The position numbers and the translations under genes are program-made. This document shows positions 40,140 through 51,139 of a stretch of 64,000 bases of DNA, one piece after another. This DNA is from Geosiphon pyriformis uo1. Lineage: Eukaryota; Fungi; Glomeromycota. The notes under the pieces were generated by a model. That model worked only from the letters and a program-made list of their open reading frames with translations. It was not told the DNA's origin and ran no database searches. The stretch is taken from the NCBI GenBank assembly GCA_016748015.1, contig JAAOMT010000354.1, positions 50,187 to 114,186 of the forward strand, read 5' to 3'. Positions within the stretch are counted from its first letter, which is position 1; every line of letters begins with the position of its first letter.

Positions 40140-42339
40140 ATGAGTTTGACAGAACTGATATAATTCAACACCAGATCAAGACTGGAGATATAAGCCAATC
40201 AAACAAAGAGCATACTGAGTACTACCAGCCAGTCATAAGATCATTCATCAAGAAATCAATCGGATGCTTGACAATAAGCTAATTTAGCCATCAATGAGTC
40301 CATAGTCATTATCAATAGTACTAGTTTGAAAGAAAAATAAAAAAATCTGCTTTTGTGTGAATTACAGAAAACTCAATGGTGTAACTTGTAAAGACAATTA
40401 TTCAACTCCACAGATTCAAAAATTATTTGACACTTTCAGAAAAAAGAAATAATTTTTGATGTTACAGGTGATTATTTGGGATGTTGAATCAAATAACAAG
40501 CCCGTAACTTGGTGCTAGAATTTATTCGCGTTGATATTATTAATCTGAAGATTTTGTATCTGAAGGTTTCGGTTTGAGTTTTTTGTATAATGGACAGAGA
40601 TTCAATAGTTGTTTTATCTGTAGCTTCTCAGAATCACAATTCTGTCAATTTTTTCTTCGGCATGATGGCCGGCAATCCTCTGGTAAGTATTCCATATCTT
40701 CTGTACGTGTCTTACTCTCTTGCAGGGGTCTTTTACCAGACAATCCTTGACATCAGTAATCTAACACTTTATTTAACCAATTAGTGCACAACAATAAAAT
40801 CAAAATAAAATAAAGAAAAGAAATAAAAGAAAATAAAGAAAAAAAAGAAATAAGCCAAGGCGATTTGCAAGTTAGTATTTCGTCAATAGCCATAATCAAG
40901 AGCTATTGTTCCAGTGTGGTTAAGTATCAATTACTATCAACATGAAGTGTTGATAGTGATAGCAGGTTTGAGATAATAAACAGTTATTTATTTGTGGTTT
41001 TTAGAAAGTTGTCTAGATGAAATCTAAACTTAGAGGTCTGTCTTTTTAGTTTCTAATCTTACTGCTATATATACATAATTGAGATTCTTTAATTTCTCAA
41101 TTTTCACAACAAGAATTCTGGAATTTCTGGAATTCTGCGATTCCTTTGAGAGAAATCCTGGAATTCTAGAATTCTGCAATTCCTTGTAAGAATTCTGTAA
41201 TTCCTAAAATCCTGCAATTCCTGAGAGAAATTCTGGAATTTTATATTTATTATGTCTACTTCTGATTGGCTAATAACTATGCTAATATATATTCACTATA
41301 TTTCTATAAGTAACATCAATATTAAATCTAAATAGTGGTTACTAGCAAGTAGCCATGAATCCAGAAGATAAAGAAAAGATGGCATTCACCACAAGAGAAG
41401 AGAATTTCAAATTTGAAGTAATGTCATTTGGCTTAACTAATGTACCAATCACATTCCAACAGCTAATGAAAATTGTCTATACTGAACTATTATAGAAATT
41501 AGTAGTCATATATTTAAATAATACCAATGTGTTCTCAAAAACATTTAATGATTATCTTCATTATCTTCAGCAAATGTTTAAAAGACTGAGAAGAGCAGAA
41601 TTGAAACTAAATGCAATCAAGTGTTTCTTCAGCAAAACAGAACTCAAAGTTTTTGGGACATGTTGTAAGCAAAGAAGACATTAAAACAGATTCAGATAAA
41701 ATTGAAATAATAAAATTCTTTCCAGTACCCACTAACTTGACCAAGCTATGAGCATTCTTAAGATTCACAAAGTACTATCATTGCTTCATCAAGAACTTTT
41801 TCAAACTGGCTCAACTATTGTATCATCTACAAACCAAAAATGTTAAATATGAATAGACAGAAATACAACAAGAAGCTTTCAATACACTAAGGAGAAAGCT
41901 CATTTAAGCTCTAGTACTGATTTATTTAAATTATAGCAAACCATTTATCATTACCACAGATGCATCAGATCAAACATTGGGAACAGTACTATTACAAAAA
42001 AGATTGGATAAAAGAAAACATTCAATAGCATATACCAGCCAAAGCTTAATGCTAGCTGAAAAAAACTATAGAACACCAGCCAAAAAGAACTATAGAACAC
42101 CAGTACTTAAACACTTAGCAATTTATTGGGCTGTTATGAAATGTAAGGAGTACTTGAGCCAAAAATTTAAAGTGCACATTGATCATAAAAGATTGACTTT
42201 AATCCAGAAGCAAAAATTTGGAGACAATCAACACATGAGATGAAAAATAGCACTTTCACTATATACTTTTATAATACACTATAAAAAGGGAAAAGAAAAT
42301 GGAAATGCTGACAGTTTGTCATGAATGAAACAAATCTGA
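40140..42339 (+). pseudogene. pol: Element B RT and RNase H, split by a solo LTR
   Basis: CFCVNYRKLN, FEVMSFGLTN, ITTDAS, IAYTSQSL, NADSLS. Confidence 0.88.
40460..41315 (-). mobile_element. Solo LTR (B-related) inserted in the RT of element B
   Basis: TGTTA...TAACA flanked by TTGA/TCAA (ancestral TCGA); retains several CpGs. Confidence 0.92.
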
Positions 42340-42401
42340 ACATTTCAACTCAAAAATATAACAAAATCTAAACAGTTAAAAACAAAAATATATAACAAAA
42401 A

Positions 42402-43780
42402 ATGAACACACAAAAATATCAACAACTTCAGCATTATATAAATACTCAACAGTTTAAGGAAAAATTATCTCAAAAGGAACAAAACAACATAAAACAACAA
42501 TTAAAATATTTTATTGATCATTAAAATATACTTTATCAAAAGAACAAAAAAAATCCAAATCAACCAACCAGAGTAATTACAGAACCAGAAAAAGAAACAA
42601 GACTGTTCAACATGTACTCAAATCCAACAGCAGAATATTTTCACAAAGAAGCAACAATAGAAAGAACTAAAAAAAGATACTATTGGCCATCAATGTATCC
42701 AAACATTATCTAATACATCCAAAATTGTGATGCTTGTCAGAAAAGAGGAGAAACCAAACCCAATGAACTATTAAGACCAATCAAAGTAGAACAACTATTT
42801 AATCACATCAAAATTGACTTAATCAGACTATTAACTATAACCAGCAGAAGCAACAGATATATTGCAATATTTATAAATTATCTTACAAAATAGCCAAAAG
42901 CAAAAGCCATTTAAAAAGCAGATGCAAAATCCATTGCTGAATTCATTCATTAAGATTTGATTTGTCAACACAGATGCCCAAAAGAATTACTATTCAACCA
43001 AAAAACTCACTTTGTGAATAGAACATTAACAGAATTAAGTCAAAGATTTGAAATCAAAAGACTATTATTATTACCATACTATTCATAAACAAATAGATTA
43101 ATTGAAAAGTTTAATAGAACATTGTGTGAAACAATTGCCAAAATCAACCAAAAAAACCAGGACAAATGGGATTTGTTTATATCCTTAGTATTATTTGCTT
43201 ACTAGACAATAAAGCAAAACACTACACAAGCAACACCATTTGAATTAATATATAGTAGAACAGCAATATTACCAGTTGAAATAGAAGTCAAAACATATCC
43301 AACCAAACCAATAACTGAAGAAAATTTTCAAAGAACATTGTTGAAAAGAACATATAATTTAATGAAGACATTAGAAAACAAATAGTGAAGAGCAGCTGAT
43401 AACATCCAAAAGTCACAAAAAAAACAAAAAAAAAGACATAATAACCAATTACCAGATAAACCAGTCGAATTCAAGATTGGGAATAAAGTACTTTTATATT
43501 ATACCAAAGTAGAAAAACAATAGAGTAAAAAATTTGACCTTAAATAAGACAGACCATTTTACATAGAAAAAATTCTAAGAAATAGAGCTTATAAATTAAG
43601 ATTAAACAACAAAATCTTAACCAAAGCAGCCTATAAAAATTGACTGAAACTATATCACAATATAGCATTATCATTTACCAGTAATATTCCACAATTGGAA
43701 GTACAAAGAACACTAGTTCAACCAGATAAAATTCGACAAGATTTAGAACTAATTATTATCATCAACACCAACATGTCAAA
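42402..43780 (+). pseudogene. Element B integrase
   Basis: MNTQKYQQLQHY..., RYYWPSMY..CDACQKRG, FNRTLCE, VLFAY, RPFYI. Confidence 0.88.
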
Positions 43781-43806
43781 TTGAACAACTAAAAAAATAT
43801 AAAGAC

Positions 43807-44466
43807 ATGGTAGACACAACAAAAGACATCAGAAAAATGGAAATTACTGATGATATCTACTTACTAGCACAACAATTTTTTCAACTAATCTAACAACAAA
43901 ATATGAAAATTACTATCAACCAATAAACTATTCAATACAGAGATACTAGAAAAAAACCCCAATATAAAGTGCAAAGGAAACCAAAAAACACCATCAACAA
44001 AATAATGCTAAAAGTAAAAGTAGTAATAGAAAAACCAACAAGAATCACACCATATTAAGAATTGACCAAAGAAACTTGGAATTGGTAAATACAAGAATTT
44101 TCAAAGAACTTTTGTTATTTCCATTTAAAACAATATTTAAATATTCAGAACTTATATATGAATAAAACAAAATGACTATTCGACCAAGAAATATTACAAC
44201 GACTAGAACAATTTGTAAAAAAAAACAATCTAATTATACAAGCACAAGCCATCTATTAATTACAAGTCGGATTTCAAAACTGATCCAAAATTTTACTCAA
44301 TCCAGCAATAGACTCCATTACTGTTAACCAAATGGAAAAAATAACCAATACTTAATTTGAAAAATTACAGAACAAGATAACACAAATAATTCTTGAAAAA
44401 AAAGTTCAAGAAATACTCAAAAATGGAGAATTAGAATTAGGAGATTTTAACAGAGCTCAATATTAA
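43807..44466 (+). pseudogene. Element B accessory ORF3 remnant
   Basis: QAQAIY*L...ITVNQMEKITNT*FEKLQNKITQIIL aligns with element A AAFRLYNL...IKIQYIGKLTKLKFQQLSDQITLIIL. Confidence 0.6.
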
Positions 44467-44480
44467 AAAAGAGAGAATAA

Positions 44481-45417
44481 TGTTACTTATAGAATATAAA
44501 AAGTATATTAACATATAAATTAGCCAATTAGAAGTAGCCATAGTAAATATGAAATTACAAGATTTCTCTCAAAAGAATTGCAAGATTCCAAGAATTTCAG
44601 AATTTTCATACAATAAATCGCAGAATTCCAGAATTCTAGGATTTTTCTCAAAGGAATTACAGAATTCCTGGTGTAAAAAATTGAGGAATTAAGAAATCTT
44701 AATTATGTATATATAGCAGTAACATTAGAAGTAAAAAAAAGAGACCTCTCAGTTTAAATTTGATCTAAGCAATCTTTTCATTCACAAATATTAATAAATA
44801 ATTATTCACTATCTCAATCTGTTCTCCACTATCAACACTTCATGTTGATAGTAATAAATACTTAACTATGCTAAAACAATAGCTCTTGATTATGGCTATT
44901 AATGAGATATTAACATTTATTGCCTTGGCTTATTTCTTTTTTTTCTTTTATTTTTTCTTTTTATTTTTCATTATTTGATTTTTGTTTTTGTTTTTGTTTA
45001 TTTGAATTACTAACTTGATTAAAAGAATTAACACATGAAGGTACTGACATCAGGTATAAGTAACTAGTAAAAAATTCAGAAATAAGAGTAGAACACTCAA
45101 TTAAGGATAGCTTACCAGAAGAATTACCAGCCATTATGCTGAAAAAAAAATTTGATGAAATTGTAGTTCTAAGAAGTTATAGATAAAACAAGAAATAATT
45201 ATTCACTATCTCAATCTGTTCTCCACTATCAACACTTCATGTTAATAGTAATAAATACTTAACTATGCTAAAACAATAGCTCTTGATTATGGCTATTAAT
45301 GAGATATTAAACAAAAAACTTAACCAAAACTTTCAGAAACCAACATCATTATATCAATTAAGCACTAAGTTACAGGTTTGTTATTTGCTTTGAGACCCCA
45401 AATAATCATCTGTAATA
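44481..45417 (+). repeat. 3' LTR of element B, with an internal ~118-bp duplication
   Basis: Matches 34516-35365; 45193-45310 repeats 44796-44913. Confidence 0.92.
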
Positions 45418-47554
45418 ACATTTTGTTTATAAAATATTTTGATCCATTTATCATGCACATTGGGAAGTTAATTCTGGTTCTAAAGTTTTGGCTAGTAGTT
45501 TGTTATCAAATGTTGATTGGCTTGGTTTATTTATAATGTGATATCTAAACTTGCATATAACTATTGATTTCACTGACAAGTCTATTGCCAACACTTGCAT
45601 ATATTTTATGAAAGCTTTGCATTATTAGCTGTCTATTGCTGTTTGGAAATGCCTATATAACAAACTTTACTCCAGTATGATATATTTGTATTGTAGTAAA
45701 GTTGAGATCTCAGATTATGTTTTTTCTTGTATGATTGATAATTCTGTTTGCAGTTAATTGTTAAACACACATGTGACTACTTGAAGGGTGCTTTCTAGTC
45801 ATTTTCATTTTTTTTTATGTGTGTCTCAGTTAATGTTATCTTGTATTTCAGATGCTATATTATGTATGGCTCTTTGCAAAGACTTTGTCCTTAGTAATTG
45901 GCTTTGAAAAGCTGTTTCTGTTTTCGGAGATTCTGCAATTGTACATTAGAAGATTGTGAACTTTGTGTAAGATTTTTGTTTTGCTTTTAGAAATGAGATT
46001 TAGTTGGTCTGTATTAAATATTGTGTTTTTATGGAAAAGAATAAGCTGATATCACAAGATAATTCAGTTTTGGTTTTAGTTTTTGAGTTGTCTTCAATGT
46101 TTTTTGTTGGTATAATCAAATTGCTGGGCATTATTAAAGTATTTGGTGTCAGTTTTGGTTTGCATAAGTTTTGTTTATTTTTTTTAGGAATTGAAGATCT
46201 AGTCTTAATTTATATAAGTGTTTAATGTTGTCTTGATCAGCTTAAGTAGCTGGTCACATATACAAAAGACATGATTCACATTGTTACAGGTAATTATTTG
46301 GGATCTTAAAACAAATAATAAATCTATAACTTAGTGTTTAATTGATTTAATAATGTTAGTTATCTGAAGGTTTTTGTATTTGAAGGTTTTGGTATCTGAA
46401 GGTTTGGCTGAATTCTTTATATAATGGACAGAGATTTACTATGGTTGGTTTATGTTGATTTTTAAAGTTATTTTCCCAATTTCTGTCTTCAGCATAGTGG
46501 CCAGTTTAATCTGGCAGTTATGTCCTTCTGGTAAGCTATTTATTAATATATATATAATTTTACCCTTATTTCTGGGTTTTTTATCAGGCTATCTATGACA
46601 TTAATAACTCAGCACTTTAATTTTTTAATCAATTAGTACACAACAACAAAAGAAAAATAAAAAAAAATAAAAAAAAAATAAATAAATAAATAAAGAAGTT
46701 AAGCCAAGACAATAAATATTAGTATTTCATCAATAGCCGTAATCAAGAGCTATTGTTTTAGTGTGGTTAAGTATTGAATTTTATCAACATGAAGTGTTGA
46801 TAAATAGAAGAGTGAGTAGATTCTTAAAAAATAACAATAATATGGATTTGAAGAATTAAAGAGATATTTTATTAATATAATTTCATTTTGGTTGATAGCA
46901 ACTATCTTTAAAAAAAGAAGTATTTAATAATTATGACCTGTGAGTCTAATTGACTCTAAGAGTCCTACTAATTCTGAGTCATCTTGACTAATTTTCTAGC
47001 TTCTAATACTACTGCTATATATACATAAATTTTATTATATGAAATTTCTTGAATTTTTCAATTCTCTAGCCAGAAATTCTAAAATTCCTAGAATTCTGCA
47101 ATTCCTTTGAAAGGAATTCTGGAATTCTGCAATTCCTCGTACAAGAATCCTAAAATTTCTGGAATCCTGCAATTTCTCTAAAAGGAATCCTGAAATTTTA
47201 CTTTTACTATATTTATTTTGATTGGCTAATTTATGTACTAATATTTAATTTCTATATTCTATGAGTAACATTATTTCCTCCTTTAATATTAAGCTCTTGT
47301 GAAATTTTCTAAATCTTTCTTTTGTATCAATATTGTTGCTGTAATTTCTATTGCTATTTTTTTTAAAATCTAATTTTATACATGACTGGGGTTTTTAACT
47401 ATAGTGGTCTGTCCAGAATATTAATTTCAAATTTCACATCTGTATTATGTGCATATTTAGATATAATGCTCTCATTATTATCACTGAATTAAGTTAATTC
47501 CTACTCCATTATAAGATCTAGAAGTGTAATATATCATTTAGTGTTTAAAATAGA

Positions 47555-47720
47555 GTTTGAATTGTTGTTGGTAGAGTTTGAATTATCATTGTTATTAGTG
47601 GAGTTTGAATTGTTGTTGTTATTAGCAGAATTTGAATTGTTGTTGTCATCAGCAGAGTTTGAATTGTTGCTGTTATTAGTGAAATTTGAATTATTGCTGT
47701 TATCAGTGGAGTTTGAATCA
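47555..47720. repeat. ~24-27-bp tandem repeat GAGTTTGAATTGTTGTTGTTATTAGYR
   Basis: About 6-7 copies; corresponds to the Asn/Ser-rich linker before the dUTPase in element B. Confidence 0.85.
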
Positions 47721-47899
47721 GGATTAAGTTCCGATTCTGATTACTATTTGTTCTCACTGATTGGCTCTTTTTTGAATATATGACACATAGAAGTGGATTG
47801 TGACTATGTTCCAATATTTTGACTCAAGGCCATCAGGTGAGTTTTGCTGATTTATTGGTACTATAGAAATTAGGTTTTATTGGGCTATCAGAAGTAAGT

Positions 47900-48450
47900 T
47901 TTTTTGTATAATAGCAGGATTTAGAATTTATCAAATTTTGAATGTTTAGATTTTTGAATAATTCCTGAAGTTTGAATTGCTAGAGATTTAACAAGTTTTA
48001 TTAACAGTAAGTTTTTTTGTGTAATAGTAGAATTGGAATTATTAGGTTTTGAATGTTTGGGTTTTTGAATGATCAGGTCTTGAATAATTGGAGTTTTAAC
48101 AAGTTTTAATGAATTTATCAAAGTTAAGTTTTGAATGTTCAGGGTTTTAATAATTGGGTTTTGAATAAACAGAATTTTTAATTTACAAGTTTTAATGAGT
48201 TTATCAATGGTAATTTTTAAATGTTTGGGGTTTTTAACAATTGAGTCTTGAATAATTGGAGTTTTAATTTTAACAAGTTTTTAACAAATTTATTAAAGAT
48301 AAGTTTTGAATGTTTGGAATTTTAATGATCAGATTTTGAATAATCAGAGTTTGAATTTAACAAGTTTTAATAAATTTATCAATGGTAATTTTCGAATGTT
48401 CAGAGTTTTAATGATTGGGTCTTAAATAATTGGAGTTTGAATTTAACAAT
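47900..48450. repeat. Degenerate tandem repeats (TPIIQDPIIETPNI-like on the minus strand)
   Basis: Recurrent TTGAATAATTGGAGTTT / GAATGTTYGGG / TTTATCAATGG blocks. Confidence 0.75.
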
Positions 48451-48573
48451 TTTTTTATTAAAGGTAAGGTAAAATAAGGATTTCACGAATTCTAAGTAAT
48501 TTTTCCTTGTTTTCCCTTGGTTTGTCACTTTTCTGTATGGTTGTTATTGGTACTGGTTCTTTGTTAGATTATA

Positions 48574-48590
48574 CTTCACAAGAAGCACCA
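48574..48590 (-). other. Primer-binding site, probably elongator tRNA-Met
   Basis: TGGTGCTTCTTGTGAAG two nt after the LTR, with variants at 35368 and 13655. The tRNA identity is inferred from resemblance to eukaryotic elongator Met 3' ends. Confidence 0.6.
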
Positions 48591-51139
48591 AATATTACAA
48601 ATAATTATTTGAAGTTTCAAAGCAAATAACAAATCCATAACTTGGTACTTAATAGCTTGAAATGATTGATAATATCTGAAGATCTTTGAAATCTGAAGAT
48701 TTGGGTTGGATTCTTTGTATAATAAACAGAAATTCACTATGATTGGTTTTGGTTGATTTCTCAAGTCATTTTTCCAATTTCTGTCTTCAATGTGATGGCT
48801 GGTTTAATTTAGCAATTGTGCCCTTCTGGTAAGCTATCTATTAATATATAATTTTATCCTTATTTCTGGGTCTTTTATTAGGCTATCCATAATATTAATA
48901 ACTTAGCACTTTAATTCTTTAATCAATTAGTACACAACAACAAAAAAAAAATAAAAAAATAAAAAAGTTAAGCCAAGACTATAAATGTTAGTATCCTGTC
49001 AATAGTCATGATCAAGAACTATTGTTTCAGTGTAGTTAAATGTTAAATTTTATCAACATGAAGTGTTAATAAATGGAAAAGTAAGTAGATTCTTAAAAAA
49101 TAACAATAACATGAATTTAAAAAATTAAAAGGATATTTTATTAATATAATTTTATTTTGGTTAATAGCAACTATCTTTAAAGGGAGAAGTATTTAATAAT
49201 TATAATCTGCGAATCTAATTAACTCTAAAAATTCTACTGATTCTAAGTCTTCTTAACTAATTTTTTAGCTTCTAATACTACTGCTATATATATATAAATT
49301 TTATTGTATGAGAATCCTTGAATTCTTCAATTCTCTAGCCAAAAATTCTGGAATTTCTGGAATCTTGCAATTCTTTTGAGAGGAATTCTGAAATTCTGAA
49401 ATTCTGTAATTCTTCATACAAGAATCTTAAAATTCTTGGAATTTTGTAATTTCTCTGAAAAGAATCCTGAAATTTTATTTTTACTATGTTTATTCTAATT
49501 GACTAATTTATATACTAATATTTAATTCTTATATTCTATAAGTAATAATACCTAGTTTAAATTATTTGTATGATGTATTATACTAGGCAGTATTTATATT
49601 TTGTTCATTAAACATTAATAATAAAAAAATATCACAAATAAAATGTTATAATAAAAAAAAAACTTATATTAAAAACCAATTTGCTATAAAATTTTCTTAG
49701 CAAGATATTACATAATTTTTTTTTGTATAATTTAAAAACTTTTAAGCAAATTTAAAGTAAAGAAAAATTTTAATAATTGTATTTTTTAATATTATAGACA
49801 TTTTTGGGTGTTTTTTTGATTATTTTTTAAAATAGTTTAAAATTGTATTTGATAATAGACTCTTAAATAAAAAAAATTGTATTATAAATTGAAAATATTT
49901 CATAAATAAAAAAGATTGTATTATAAATTGAAAGATATTTTATAAATAAAAAAGATTAAATCCAAAAAAACTTATGCTTTCTTGGTTTAGTTTAGCATTA
50001 AAGTTTTTGTGCAAAAATAATTATTTAGTAATTAATTTTAATTGTATTAAAAATTTGCAAAGCTTAAGTATTTTAAATTCTAAAAAGTTTTTTAATATAT
50101 ATTAACAACTGTATAAAATTTGTTTAAATACAATTGTAATATTTATTAATAGATCTTTGAAGAATTTGAATTTTGCTTAGATTGTTTATAAAACTGCTGC
50201 TTATTTTCTGGTCATAAATATAAGTATTAGTATTAAAATATACAGACTTTTGTTTTCTATAATGGCTAAACTACAAATTATTATTTTGTTTTTAGAGTAT
50301 ATTTTAGTTTTTTATATAATAGTTGTTTACTTAGATAGCTAGACAATTAATAATACATGTGTTTTAAAATATTATGTTATTATATTGAACTTTTAAAAAA
50401 TTTATTAAGTAGAAAAAAACATATTGCTAATTTAATAAGCAACAAAATATTTTTAGTTTAATAATTAAAAGTTAAGAATTATTTTAAAATTTTAAACATA
50501 ATAAAATTAACTTATTGGTAGATAAAATCACTTAATATCTTTTTTTTTGTTATATAAAATATGCAAATATTTTATTATAGCTAAAAATATAACTGTTTTT
50601 AGCAATGTTTATTATTTTGTTTATAATTTATACAAATTAATTTTTTGTGCTTAATAGAAAACTGGCTTTGATTAGAATGTAATTTTTGGTTTACTAATTC
50701 AAGATGTAAATTGGTTTTTAACTGCATAAATATATTACTCTAATTTACATATATTTTTTAGATTTACTTATAATAAATTGGCCAATTTTTATACTTATTT
50801 AATAAAAGCTATATACAAAAGATTGCTAATTATAATTAGAAAGAAATTATATAACAAAATATATTCAAATATTTTGTATTTGCTATACAATAAAATAAAA
50901 TTACCAAATTATGTGTTTACTTGTTTTAAAAATACTAGTGTTTATAAAAAGATATTTTTTGATTTTTAAATTTTAAACGTTATTATTAAGTGTTTACACT
51001 CTTTTTTACTTTACTATTTTATAAATTTTTCTTTGTATTTATTTAATATAGATTTATATACAATAGTTTACAAGAGTTTTGTATTAAAAAAATAAGTTTT
51101 GAAAGCTATTTTAATATTTGAAAATAAAAAAAAATAAAA

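Larger units (their letters stand above)
34516..45417 (+). mobile_element. Full-length degenerate Ty3/gypsy element B, dUTPase-bearing
   Basis: LTRs 34516-35365 and 44481-45417, TSD ATAT/ACAT (restores LINE KHFV), PBS TTTAGTGCTCTCTGTGAAG, PPT AAAAAAGAGAGAATAA. Confidence 0.95.
46282..49547 (-). mobile_element. Non-autonomous two-LTR element C, deletion derivative of a B-like family
   Basis: LTRs 46282-47270 and 48593-49547, TSD ACAT/ATAC (ancestral ACAC in the LINE 3'UTR), PBS TGGTGCTTCTTGTGAAG, PPT AAAGGAGGAAATAA. The 1.3-kb interior has repeats and the start of the dUTPase. Confidence 0.92.
28623..49628 (+). mobile_element. LINE copy 3, full length, inserted in LINE 2 and carrying elements B and C
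   Basis: TSD ATGTCACAAA (28613-28622) / ATATCACAAA (49629-49638). ORF1 ~28760-30657; ORF2 ~30655-34515 plus 45418-46225; 3' tail split at 46281/49548. Confidence 0.88.

Noticed and set aside
47541-47814. Leu-rich and Ile/Thr-rich repeat proteins
   Set aside because: Alternative-frame translations of the 24-27-bp repeat; the homologous frame in element B is Asn/Ser-rich.
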